From Daphnia carinata (Eukaryota), in contig NC_081331.1 in assembly GCF_022539665.2 (NCBI RefSeq), forward strand, positions 2,232,001 through 2,296,000: DNA of 64,000 nt, read 5' to 3'. Position 1 is the stretch's first letter. Every line of letters starts with the position of its first letter. The notes under the pieces were generated by a model that had not been told where the DNA came from, did no database searches, and saw only the letters and a list, made by a program, of their open reading frames with translations. A program made the position numbers and the translations under genes. Positions 15,001-28,300 of the stretch are shown here, piece after piece.

Positions 15001-16979
15001 TTCGTGCATTAAATAGATACAGCGGCAAAGGAAGAAGAGTTGCGCCAGAATCGCTAGAATTAAATGTTCCCACTTAAATTTTTATGGCGCAGTTTTTAAA
15101 TTTTCAGTTGTTTTCATTTTGCAGAGAAAACGTTCACGTCCACTGCGTGAATGTGAACGAATTGTTGAGCTTCATGAAGAGTGACATCTGTTGGCCGACA
15201 TGCAAGAATTCCATGGGTATAATAACTGAAGTCGTTAAGTTCTTTTTTCTTTTTTTTTTTTATTAAATGACTCACGTCGTTCTACAGGAACAAGCCACGG
15301 CAGCTGGTTTTGTTCTTCCTGCCGGACCGTGACTAGCAGTCAGCCCTTTAGAGTCACCCATTCTAAGTGAGGAAAAAAAAAAAAAGGTAAATAATAATCT
15401 TGAATTATGGCTGTAAGCATCTTTGGTCTTGTTCCAGCAACGACCGCCATCGAAGGCCAAAGACTCTTTTTAACAACCCGCTATCAAAATATATCGCCGT
15501 GTTGAAGCAAATTTGAATGAAAGGGGAAAGAAAAAGGGACACAAAGAAATAATAAAAATAAATCTTTTCATATTTGAAGACGGCAAAGACATTCCCTTTT
15601 GAGAATTTAAGGAGGAAGAACCCGAAAGAAGAAAAATTGTGCCGTCTGCACACACAAAAGTCGATGACTTTGTTCTTTTTTTTTCGTGACATCGTGTCGA
15701 CAGTTTCTCACGCTCCTCCACAAACGAAAAGAAAAATCAAAATATCAGCCAACTATAACGCCTCACAAAATAGTTGATCGGTTCGCTTTTCGAAACATTG
15801 AAAAACGATTGCGCTTTTTTTCTTGTTGTAATAATACAATAGGATAAACAGGGGAGGCCGCTTTCCGGTTTGTTTTCCCCCCTCAATTCGAAACGGATCT
15901 TCTCAAATCTCTTCAGGGACAACCAAACAGAAAACGTATCGCATTTCTGAGAACATTTTCTTACAAATCCTCATCGACTATCTATCCAGTCAGGGTGGAA
16001 GAATGAACCACACGACCCGTGAAATCGAATGAAATTTGGATGTCACCTGAAATCCACACATGCGAGTTAGTACGATATAATCAAAGAGGAGGAAAGAAAA
16101 ACGAAACGTGAATAATAATGATGATAATAACACGTTATGGAGGATTGACGAGATGACAGTTTTGGCCGGCCGAACCAGTTAGGGCAGTAGCAAAAAAACA
16201 AAAACAAAAAAAAACAAGCAAACCACACCTCGTCTATTATATCGTTGCTCCTGTGGTCTGCATATTTATAGACACAGGCAACACACATCATAATAACGAA
16301 TAAGGTGACAAGGAAATCCCAGCTCCAAAAAAAAAAAAAGAGTCTTTCTCTTTTTTCGTGAAAGAGTAGGGAGGAGAAGAGGGAAGAAATGGGGTGGGCT
16401 AGGAGGTGGAAAAGGGAGGATATGGGAGTCGAAGAAGGTGTGGTCCGATCCTCCTCCCTCCCTGAGACGGCCGAGTGACAGGCGCGCGTGAGCCACAGCA
16501 ACGACCATATTTACATATTATACGCTGCACACCCATCAGTCAACAGACTGTATTTTTTTTTTTTCTTTTCCCATTTTAAGGAGCTCTTTTTACATACCAC
16601 AGAAAGGTTCGTTTCATTTCTGTTTAGTGGATGGAGGCGAATTATTATTACTCGGCTGGACAAGTCCGTCATGTCAATCATCGTCTATCCTTTGCACTGC
16701 ACACCAGTGATGATGATGGAGATGGTGTGGAGAGTCTCCTGATAAAAAAAAAGAACGGTGGATAATCATCATCATCCGAGCATCATCATCTATGCAAATT
16801 TATAAGAAGACGATCCTTGAACGAAAGAAATTCTACACATTTCCCTATTTAGTATTTTAAAATCAAATTTTTTTTTTACGGTTATAGGAGGAGGAGCTTA
16901 AAGATGGGCTTAGTATATACCTATACACGTAAAGAAACAAAAAGAATAACAATTTTTTGTTTTCACTCTTTTCCTTATG

Positions 16980-17640
16980 GATGGGCGGAGTAGGAGGAGT
17001 GTACGAGTGGCCGTCCTCTCGGCATCATTGGTTCCAGCCCTCCTCCAATTGTTGCCCGTAAGGTCTCGCTTTTAGTAGGCTATGCTGGCCCACCAAGTTC
17101 TTTTGGATGTTGTGTTTTTTTTTTTTAGGGAGGGTTGGGTGGATGGAGTGGGCTAGTCCGTAAGACCCATGCTGTGTGCCGTACGTGCGTGTGGGAGCCG
17201 CCCATTGAACGCCCCTTTCCTCGCCACACCTACCCGAGAGGGTGGCTTCGGTTTATTCTTCCACCATTTTTGATTTTTTTTTCCCCTCGTATGTTTCTTT
17301 TTTTACAATTCTACCTTTTGTTTTCTTGTCCCATGTTGGTAACCTCCTCCGGTTCTTGGTTACCACCCCTCACCAACCCCCCTGTGGTGCTCAAATAGCG
17401 TGCGGATGCACGTAGGAGAAAGAGGAGGGAATGAAAAAAAAAAAAAAAAAAGGTTCCAAAAAGGAGGTGGATGATGTACCGCCCTCTTCTTCCCCTTTTT
17501 GCTCTTCTTCTTCTGCTTTCCTCCTTTTTGCTGTTAGCTCTACTCTCCCCTCCCCGTGCCGTTCGTGGAATGAAAGACCAGCGATTCCAGCGCTCCGACT
17601 CTCGGCAGAACTTGCTGAAGCGGCGTCCAGTGCGGGCCGC
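16980..17640 (+). promoter_or_regulatory. Probable Sp6-9 proximal promoter region (exact TSS not determinable)
   Basis: GC-enriched stretch upstream of exon 1 with GGGCGGAG (16983), CCGCCC (17198), ACGCCCC (17209), GCCACACC (17223) and long pyrimidine tracts. It is followed by an ATG-depleted region consistent with a 5' UTR. Confidence 0.5.
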
Positions 17641-18144
17641 AGCTCTTTTCACTCTCTCAAACCAGTTTTTTTTTTTTTTTCGTACCTCAATCCTTTCTTT
17701 AATCATACACACAAACAACATCGTTCATTGCCTTCATTTATTTTGAAGAACCTTCCGACTTGTGCGTTGGTTGTTTTGTGTTTCTTAAATTTGTTTTTCG
17801 GTGATGTGGTGATTCGGTCTCTTCGATCTCCGAAAAAGATTTGCGATTTTTGTGCTTCGTTTTTCCAAAGTGACGGTCGAATTGTTCCATACCGTTACAT
17901 CCGATCGAGACAAGTGTGGGCCAGTTCTCTTCGTGACTTCTGCCAAATTGTTAATTAAAGAAAAAAAAAAAAAAATTATTTCCAGTTCTGTGACAGCTGG
18001 ACGCAAACGAGTTTCATCCGTCGGGGACGAGAAGTGTAATCCAAACAACAACAAATACAAGTGCCAAAAGAAACTAGATTGCTCTTGCTGAGCCATCCTT
18101 TAAAAAGGCCATCAACAGAAAAAAACAAAAAACAAATTGCGACA
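17573..18144 (+). other. Probable 5' UTR of Sp6-9
   Basis: I find only one ATG (17804, ATG TGG TGA) in these 572 nt before the start codon. A-rich CAA/AAAC leader directly before 18145. A UTR intron ending at tttccag (17985) cannot be excluded. Confidence 0.5.
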
Positions 18145-18231
18145 ATGTTGACCGACGTACCGGGAATGTTGACCCGAGCCGGGTTATACCCACACAGCCA
18201 GCCGACGGCGGCCGTCATTCACGACAAATCG
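18145..18231 (+). CDS. Sp6-9: Sp6-9 coding exon 1 (MLTDVPGMLTRAGLYPHSQPTAAVIHDKS)
   Basis: ATG at 18145 in acaATG context is the first ATG after an in-frame TAA at 18037. There are 29 GC-rich codons, then a consensus donor G|GTAAGT at 18232 in phase 0, matching the phase-0 acceptors downstream. An MLTD-type N-terminus is what I recall for arthropod Sp6-9 proteins (recollection, not a search). Confidence 0.78.
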
Positions 18232-18712
18232 GTAAGTCATCATCTTTTCGTTTTTCTCTGATGAATGTCGCGCAGGAAAAATCATATCAATCGTTTTAAA
18301 TATCGGAAAGGAAAGAGATCTCGTTCTTAGTACAGTTATAGGGCGTCGGCTTCTAAATATTGATCACGTGATTTGAGAATCGGTAAATAAAAAAAAAAAA
18401 AAAAAACAGAGAAAGAAATTAGATTTCAAAAAATAAAGAATTTATTATTGCCGACGTGTTTTTTTACGATTCCAATTTTTATTATTATATTCTTTCGTTT
18501 ATTTTTCATCCCCCCTTTCCTTTCGAAAAATTTCGGTCGCGCTTCGGCCTGTAATAATTGACTCTGCTCATTTGTGTGCGATGAGTATTACACGCGCCTA
18601 CTGCCGAACTTATTTTCTTTAGCGAACGGGTCCGATCGGTAGACGAACTCATTTGGTCCGGGGTGAGACAGACGGTCGCCTCCTTCTATTCGGCGCCGCC
18701 GCTTCCTTCTAA

Positions 18713-18732
18713 GGGGGGGGGGGGGGGGGGGG
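18713..18732 (+). repeat. G20 tract
   Basis: Read directly. Confidence 0.9.
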
Positions 18733-19024
18733 AGGAGGTAGTGTTTTGGTACAGAAGAGGAGCAACACATCCAGCAAAAGTAGCCTATCTTTTTATAGAG
18801 AGAAAGAGAAAGAAAGGAAAAAAAAAAAAGATGGGGATTTGACCTCGCCGATGGTATAATCATCACCGGCTCCAAACACCTTTTTTTTTTCTTACCTTTC
18901 GCCTCAGACCTTCCGAACTGGCCGCTGCCTTTTAAAAAGTAAGAACCTCTCGTGCTATCCGACATAAAAAAAAAAAAAAAAAAGAGTCCGCAGCTTCAAT
19001 ACATTCAGAAAGGGGAGAAGAAAA

Positions 19025-19027
<3 letters not shown>

Positions 19028-19063
<36 letters not shown>
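19028..19063. repeat. (GA)18 microsatellite near the 5' end of intron 1
   Basis: Read directly. Confidence 0.95.
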
Positions 19064-19067
<4 letters not shown>

Positions 19068-22000
19068 AAAGGTTCTTCTCTTTTTTTCCAGCAGGTCGGG
19101 AGCCTCGTTCATTGATTTACATTCTAATGACTTGATATTAGTTAGTCCACAGTCCCGCGTCTATTGTATATACATTTTAGATATTTATGCATCATATAGG
19201 CTCTCCTGTATAACAAATATACATGAATGGATTTGAGTTGATTATATTTATCTGATCGTATATACATAAAAACGGTGGAAATGCATAGACAATCAGCTCC
19301 TTCGATAGATCCAATACATCAGTTTGATTATAGGCCGTTATCCAATTCTTATCGATGACTGAAAGCTGAGCAAACCACCGACACGTTTCGGATCGCATTC
19401 AAACACGTCTTTGGAAACAAGAGAAATACAAACAACTGATGATTTTTCAGTTGTAAAAAAATTATCTAAAGTGCGGATGAATTTTGCCATCAGGTTGCGT
19501 GATAAACGCGACGAGTTTGTAAACCTAAGCTGAGAAAAAAAAAAAAAATCAAATTCAGCAAAATGAACTAACACGCTCGTCTTTTATAAACTGTAAAAGT
19601 GAGCTAGGAGCCTATATTCAGATTTGCGTGCCGCCACGTCGGCTACGTCATTAGCAGCGCGCGGTTTATAACGAGATTCACGCTAACCAAACAGATGCTG
19701 TTTGTTTTATCCCCCAACATTCTTCCACACATTTTTCTTTTTTTTTTTTTCTGTCTTTAACGTGTTCCAGGATTTCGGAACATCCTCGTTTTAACAAGAT
19801 CTTGTCGTCGACTTTGTTGAAGAGGGGGTCCCCCCACTTGTCACCTTCTAGCACAACACAAAAAAAAAGGGAAGGGACAAGAGATTTTTGTGCCGAGATA
19901 AAAAGCTAGGGCTATATGTTCTTCGCTCTCCCCCCCTTCGTTTCACTTAACGCAGGGCTTTCGACACTGTATACACAAATTCTTTCTCACATCTTTGTCA
20001 GTGATCTCAATCGGTTTGGGTATGCGCATCGACTTCGATGGTGTCGCTCCATTTTTTTTTACGGCCGGGGTATATGAGCATTAGGCTAATACACAGCAGC
20101 CACAACTGCGAGGCTTGATGGATGCGCATCCGCCGCTCTGACCTTTTTTTTTTTTTCTTTTTCTTTCTTCTCTTCCTCCTCATTCAAGTGCTTTAAAAAT
20201 TTAGCCATCGAGAGAGTCGGAAAAATAAGCAATTCCCACTAACTACTGCTTCGTTGATGATTGGATTCGTTTCGATGATCATTATTTGTCTAACTGTATT
20301 ATTTAAAAGACCCTCAGCATTGCAGACCCATTTTTTGGTTCCCGGCTGGAGTTGTTTAGATTGTTTTCAAATAATGAAACGATTCCGACCACCCTCGTTA
20401 CAGCTTATTAGTTGTTGGCATCGCTTCATCAAGGCGATGGTCTCCCTTCACTTGTGAAAAGAGAGAATAAAGAAATCAATACATCGGGGAATGTTTTCGA
20501 TTTTCAATTTGAACACGTGAAACAAAAGCGTGAGCATCTTCTCTACGTAAATGATTTGGGATCTAAAAAAAGATGGGAGCAAAAAAGATTGTGGCCTGTG
20601 GGCTTCGTTTTTATATATATCTTTTCGTCTTTTCGATGCTTATTAGTTCTCTGCTGTTGGGCGCCAATGGGGTCCTCCAGTTTTGTTTCTTGTTTCCCGG
20701 ACTTTTGTTAACTCTTGCGCCCTTTCTTCTTCTTCTTTCTTCCCCTAGCGCATCTTTCTGCTTCTTTTTTTTTTTTTTTTATGAAGCTCAAACTCGTTTT
20801 AGTCAGTCTCGGTGGCTGCCACTCGATCATGCCAGCGTGTCACAAACAGGCAACACCATTATCAACAGTTGATGCCTTTTCCTCTCTTTTTTCTTTCTCC
20901 TGCTCATCTTTTCTTTTGCTCTCCGAACCGCAGTAAAGTCTCGTTTTTTTTTTAATTCTTCATCGTCTTCACATTCAGTTTGGGCTTTGTTTTTTGTTTT
21001 TTTTACAGAGTAAAAGATGATTCTCACACGTTTGGGGTTTTTCAAATGGAAAAACCCTGGCCAAGTTCAATCATTTCGATGTGAACAACACGCAAAAATT
21101 GCTCAACTTCCTTGATATGTTCGTATGTCGACATTCATGGGCAATCACCTTCCAGCCATGTTCATTTAGAAAACTGAGTTCAGTTGGATTCGTAGACGGG
21201 GCTGAATTTTTTAATCAATCCAACACGTGAGGGTTGGAAACTGTGTCACTAACCTTGTTTTTTTTTTTTTGTTTTGTTTTGTTATTATATTCGTTAATTA
21301 CGTTAAAGCCCAACATTCTTTTGTGTGTTTGTGTATGGAGAACTGTCATTTTCTACCGAGTTCTAGTCACGGGGTTAGCAGTCGTTGTCACCTTGCGTGT
21401 GTAACGTTGATGACTGTATGAGAGTGAACGTCTAAAACTTCCAGGTAGGAGAATGAAGGGCACGTTTACGTCAGCCTTCAAGAGTGGGGGAACAAAAAAT
21501 GAGAACGAGAAACGTAGACGGTGAAAATAAAAAAACAAAAGTTAAATAACCATCAAGGTCTCTGTTTAGCTTTCTTCCAACTTGTTCTTCGTCTAACATC
21601 GTGCGCAAGAAATACACACACACACACAAAAAAGAGGGAAAAAGGAAAGAAAAAAAAAAAAGAACTGCCCTGTCTGTAAATCTCCCATCAGTTATTGCCG
21701 AACTATTAGCTGGCCCATAGTCGATAGATGGCCTGAAGCCAAGACTCAAGAACAATAAGGCATGAAGAAGTAGAAAGAAAAAGAGTAGCTGCTGAAGCAG
21801 CAGTCCGTTCAATCAGTGGAAGCAAAGAAGTGGTACGTGTTCCAGTTTGCTTTCCTCTAAGAAAAGGCAAAAGAAAATAAAAATAAATTCTAACAGAAAA
21901 TGAAATCATTTCTGATGTTTTTTTTTTTTTTTTGGGGGGGGGGGGGGGGGGAGAAAAAGGGACTTTTGAATTGAACCAATGCTAGCGTTTTTACTTGGAT

Positions 22001-25000
22001 ATCATTGCGGGCTGGAAATTCGATCGACAGCTATGTGCCGGCTGATGCTCATCGGCCGCCGTAACCAAAAGAAGCGGATACATTGTCTCATTCACGTCAT
22101 ATCAAATTTGAAAAAGGGAGAGAAAAAAAAGTCGGCTCGCAAAAAGGACTTACAAAAAAATAAAAAAAAATAAAAGGAAGTAAAGAAGGAAAAAAAAAGG
22201 GCTTCGGATGACCGGCACAAGTCTCTCGTTTCACATTGACGGAATGTAAAACTTACGCTACGTAATATGTGTCTAACATGACACAATCATAGAAAACAAA
22301 AGAAGAGATATAGTATATTCAAAGCGACAACTCAAATGGCGTACAGTAATATTTATAATTTAGTTTCTATTTTTTCCACGAAAAGAAAGAAACGCATCTA
22401 AAGTTTGAAACTCATTACGTTATATAAGCGGAAGAAGCGTAACTAAAAAAAAAAAAAAAAAAACTCGTTGAATATGGCGCCTAAACTCTAATGAGACAGC
22501 TGGCCTGGATATATGGAGTAAGCACAGGTACGGTCATGCCGCCGTCCTATAAGAGAAGCTCAACATTTTTTATTTTTTACTCCATCACGCTCGGAATTTC
22601 CGATTCGAACCGACACAAATGTGAATAAATGGCTACAGCGTCGGTGTGTGCATCAACACGGCGGCTGCTCATTCGTGCCGAGTGCTGGAGATGTGTGTGT
22701 GTGTAACCGGAAGGGGGCGGTCACCCTCGAACGATCCCCTCTCATCTTTTTCATACGTTCTGACGGCCAACTAGGTAAAAAATAAAACATAAAGAACTTC
22801 GTTCCTTTTTTTTTTTTTTGAAGGGAGTTGATCTATCGAATTTGTTTTCTTCTTTCTTTCATTTATTTATTTTTGATTTAATAGAAAAATTGAATTGATC
22901 AGATTTTTTTTTTTCGATTTTGATGATGCGGATGGAGGGAAGCAAAGCGGAGGTTGCGTGTCGTTTCTAGTCTTTTGGATGATTCTCTTATTCCTGCGTC
23001 GGCTGTGCTTTACCTGGGCAAAGGGTGATTTCATCCCCTTCTTCCCTTTTCCTTCTATTATCATGTGAATGAGCCTGTGGGGTCCACCTTTTTCCCTTGT
23101 TCTCTCTCTTTAAAAGAGCCTCCAGCACATGTGCACGTATTCCAGTCAATAATAACGTCTAAAAAAAAAAAAACTGAGTGAGAAAAAAAAAAAAAGATCT
23201 GAGAGAATACATTTGGATATAATATTCATTCCGTATTAGGTCGTTCTTTTAGTTGCGGTGTGTAATCTCAGTATATACGCGCAGATTGGCTAACAATGTA
23301 CAAGGAAAAACATCTTTTATGGATTTCTTCTTGCCAACGGCAACGCAAACTATCCTTGCATTTCTACCTATTCGATTTTTTTTTTACGTTAGTACAATGA
23401 AAAGAAACAAAAATTTCATGGGAAATTCGTTTACATTTTGGCCTCCCCCTCCTATAAGGATCGAGAGACAACAACAACAACAAAAAAACCAGGACCTTTT
23501 TTTGTTTTGTTTTTGTTGGTCGTCATTTGTCGTTTCCGCTTTTATAAACATATTACCACTCTCTTCTCTTATTCAGCTAAAATAAAACGACCATTTTCGA
23601 GAAATGCTCTTATAGCCCCTCGCGCCACCATTTTCTTTTTTTTTTCCGATCAAAAACGAGCCAAAAGAAAAACGAAACGCTCGAAAAACAATTGCATTTA
23701 ATGACACGAAACGGCCGCCGACTTTCTTGATCATATTCAACAGTTACGTTATGTTTTTTTTTTTCTCAAAAGATATAATGTGTACCAAACACCTTATTTT
23801 ATTTTTTTTTATAGTGCATACATGTTAACAGTACATAATATAATTGGGAAATGAAATGCAATCGACCGCTGAAAGAAAACTTTTCCCCTCAACATTTTAC
23901 AACTTGGCATTAAAAAAAAAAATTCGTATTGAGCGGCAAAATGTTTCGCTTCCATGTTAGTACATTTTTTTGGGGAGGATTGCCACTTTGATTCGATGTG
24001 AATATGGCGACAAACAAAAAATCAAAACGGTTGGCCCGTTAAACATGAGCCAACACGCAGACTCGTATTCAGGTCGCTGAAGTGTCAAATAAGTTCTATT
24101 GATAGATATTATTACGGCGAAGGGAGGGAACACGTTACAAAGGAGCCAAAGAGAACGAAAAAAAAAAAAATAGAAAAGGAAAAGTTGGAAGAAAAATTTT
24201 TGGCTTTTCTATAGCGTACGTGTACACACACATTCTACGTAACGCACTTATTGTGTATGTACACTACCAACACACACGCAGGGATCCTATTGTGTTTTTG
24301 CGGCGTCAACGACCATTTGATATAAAGTGGCAAATTTGTCGCCATAAAATCTCATATTTTTTTTCTCTTCCTTCATTCCACCGAATTATTTAAGGGCCCG
24401 TGTATAACCTTTTTTTTTAGGCTGCTATATTTTGTATACGTACACAACGGCCAATAATAAATGGTTTTAGCCTCTCTCGTATTTAGCCCCCTCCCAGTTT
24501 TGCAATCTTCTAGCGGTACGCATTTCATTCTATACTCCGTTTAGACACGCCACACACGTTTAGGCCTTATTAAGAAAAAAAAAAATACGTTTACCTTATT
24601 TGTAGTTTTGAAAAAAAAATGCATTTCTTTTTAAAGTTGAATAATACGAAAGATTCCGCTAGGCCTTATCGAGTGATAATCATTTTTGATTCGAATTAGT
24701 GCTGCCTTGTCGATCGATATTAATGAAGCAGCCCCAAAGGTCCCGCTTTTTCAACGGTTGCATTTATATATATTTTTTTTTTTTTCGCGCGTCATTTGTT
24801 GACGGTGTTCCGCGGCAAGAGCAAGCTGCGTTTAACCTTGTTCCATGCGCTGCTGTTGGCGCTTGTATGCCTTATAGCGCAGTGATGGCCGTGGCAATTT
24901 GTCCGGTTCTTTTGATTATTCGGCTCATTTGCGATTAGAGCACACTAGAATGAACCGGCCCCCTTTTTTTTTTTTTGTCCAGCCCGTCGGCTTCACTGTT

Positions 25001-25374
25001 GAATATTGGATTAGGTCTGGGTCCCACCACTAGCAAACAGCCACCAAAGCATATGCCCATGCATGCGTATGTTGATGTGCGTTCCGGGCTCTCCTTTTTT
25101 TTTCTTTTCATCCATTTCTCTTGGTCGATTGCGCGGCCTATATATCGCCCATACATTTTGATATTATAAGTCCGAAAAAGAAAAAGAAAAACCCACATGG
25201 CAATCAGCTTCATCACCCAATTCACCACACATTTTCAAGAGCTGATTGAAGCTATTCATCGCCATGGTGGGTGTCGCTATAGGCCTACATTTCTACGTCC
25301 GTATATTACGTTGGGAAAAAAAACTTTGCATATGTTTAAGGCCTATATATACACAGTATAATAAATAGACGAAA

Positions 25375-25394
25375 GAGAGAGAGAGAGAGAGAGA
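25375..25394. repeat. (GA)10 microsatellite
   Basis: Read directly. Confidence 0.9.
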
Positions 25395-28300
25395 AAATGC
25401 ATAATGAACTGGCGGCTGTTGAGTTGTCTGGCTGCGGCCTAGATGTAATAACATGCACACAGTCAAAACTTTCATGGTCCGCTCGAGTTTTTTTTTTTTT
25501 TTCAGCTGCATGAGTCAGTAACAAGAAGAAAAATATCGCCACTCTGCTGCTGCTTATCTATATAAAGAAGAAAAAAAAAAGAAGAGAAAACCTAAAGGGC
25601 AAAAAAGGAAGAGGATACATGTAAGGACTCTGTTCTTTGGTTTTTATTCAAATTTATTCCCAGCTGTGGCTGATGATCTATACGTTTTTAACCTAACCTT
25701 CTGCGGCCGACTCAAGGGCCTTTCGAATATAAAAGCCTGTTTTTGGATGGTGATCGATGAGAGCCGCATCGAGCCTATAACCATAAACAAGAGCTACATA
25801 TCTCTCTAGTATTATTATCATTATAATACAGATATAGTTCTAGATATATATTTAAGAACCGAATCAGTGTTTTCTCTAATCTGCGCACATTCAACTGTTA
25901 CGTTCCTTTGTACGCACACTAAGTAGAAAGCTCACATTGAAAGAATAGAGACTGTTCGTTTTTTTTTGAGAGTGACATCACACAGACACTTTCTTTGACG
26001 CTGGGATTAGCGCTAATGTCAATGGGGGGTATGTGCTGATTCGATCGAATAACAACCTTACATTTGAGCAAAATCTAGACAAAAGGATACACATAGATAA
26101 GAGCTTGCAATTCACTAATACGAACAGGGCCTATGTTAGCGGCCACACGCTTTGGGGTTGTAGTCATTGTGTCAAAACCAGCTGCTACTAGATTTTTTTT
26201 TTTTTTTTTTTTTACTTAGCCTATACCTATTATTTGCCTCTTTTTTTTTTTTTGTCAACTGTCAAACAGCATCGCTTCTTTTGCACTCACACTTTTTACC
26301 GAATGGACACGGCCAACCAGACCGCACCTTTTGACACCTTCCCTGCTCGGCTAGGAGAGGGGAGAAAAGAGAACAATATAAAAAAAAAAAAGAGGGTCAT
26401 CGCAAACAGTTGTCGCGATCCGGCCCTCTTTTCAACTAATAGTTCTTTAACACTATATACGATAATGTTTGTTCTCTCTTTTCTCCGGTAAGCCGATTTT
26501 CATCACTTGATTCCGTTCATGTAAGCATGTAACACGACGGCAAAGATAGGCCTACTGCCCTAGCTCGTATGGGGCTAGGGATTTTGCGTTCGCAACATTT
26601 GTACGCTTATGTTGGGGGAACGAGCAGCAAAAGGAGGCGGAGTCAGGTACCATAACAGCGTACGGTTCTTCTTGTACGAAACTGTTGATGCTGTTCAGCT
26701 CAAAGTTTTGCCTATTGAATTGGGCTCTTTTTTGTGTGTGTGTAAAGAAGAAAAGGAACCCCCGACGATCTTTGTTGGTTTTGTACTCAAGTGGCTGCTG
26801 CTTATTTTCTTATATCTACTCAGAATAGAACAAACAACATAAAAGCTCATCGTTGGCGTCATTCACTAAAGATTGCTACTGCTGGTTTAGCTGCCGCCAT
26901 ACTTTTCGGGCAGACATAAGTGGTAGAATCATCTGTTTATTTGTTTTTCCTTATCGTCAGTGGCTGGTTTTTCTTTTACGCTTTCAAACCCACAAAGTAT
27001 TTCTTCCCATTTTTTTTTTTTTTTTTTTTTTTTACAGCCATTTCAATGTGTTCGCTAAAATCCACGGTATTTTCTAATAGGCCATTTTTCGACACACTCG
27101 CCTACCTCAGTTGAGTGTGTACAGTTGTTTTTTTTTTTTTCCCTTTGATATGCTGACAGAGATGTCGACGTTCATCCGCTGCCGTGTCGGTTGGTGCTCC
27201 ACGGAAGCCAACGATGACACAATTTTTCCCTTCTTTTGAAAACGCGGCACCGTCACACAGACCACATTTTCTATGCAGCAGTTGCGCAAGCACGTCTTTC
27301 TTTTTACATTTGTTTTGTTTCGGATGATGCACCAAACGTTAACGTCAGCAGGAAACCCCGAATAACGTTTAGCCTTTTCATTTTCTTCTGGAAACAATAA
27401 CGACTTTGCATGAAAGAGATAATCCTCTAGTGGTAAGGTATACAGAAAGCAACAGTCAACTACACTATAGGCTCTTGGTTCTTTTGTCGGTAAAATATGC
27501 GCGTATGTTTTTCGTTATTGCATGACCAATGAGAATGCTCTTACGTTATTGGTTTAAAGTTGAAATGACATCGATGAATTCACCTTGAAAATCGGTGGAC
27601 AGAAAGAGAAAATGCGTTCGTAGGAAAAGTGAGTGTAAAATGTTAGGAAAAAAAGATTGGCCTTCATCATCATCATCCATGACCATCATCATCATCATCA
27701 ACGGCAACACAGCAGCTAGGGCATAAGCAGGGAGCAAAGAAAGAAAAAAAAAAAAGAGAAGCCATGCAACCCCCGCTGGGCTGGACGCGCTTCTGGCAAC
27801 ATTCAAAAAGAAGGAAGAAGAAGAAACGTACATAGAAAGACAACGAAATAATAATAATACTACTACAGGAAAAAAAAAAAAATGAGAAACCGAAAGAAAT
27901 ATATATTTTTTTTTTTACGTAAAGAAAGACGAAGGGGAGAACATAAAATAATTTTCGAAAAAAAAAAAGGAAAGGGGGCTCTTCGCCGCCGCTCCGTCGG
28001 AGGTATATAGACTTGCAACAGTGGTGAGCGCACCGAGCAAAAAGGGATGAAGGCGGGCTATATAAAAAACCCATAAGTTAGTCACCTGTCGAAGTTGGAG
28101 GAGGTCGGCTGGCGCCGTGTCTGCTGCCCACTATATGTGGCTGGTAGTAGGTATGGAGGGAAGGCTGACGTTAGGCCTATGTCTATACATGCACCGCCTT
28201 GGCTGCATTGCCGCCACTCGCTTTGGCACGCAGAAGGGAGACTCGATTGCTTCTTCTATATGAAGCGAGACCAATCAAATCGTCTTCAATCTTGGTTCAA

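Noticed and set aside
18582..18592. TGAGTATTACA resembling the 5' end of miR-12
   Set aside because: An 11-nt match only; the remainder diverges and no precursor stem is evident.
28059..28083. TATATAAAAA followed by TTAGTC (Inr-like) inside intron 1
   Set aside because: TATA-to-Inr spacing is only about 19-21 nt rather than about 30, and no downstream exon is evident.
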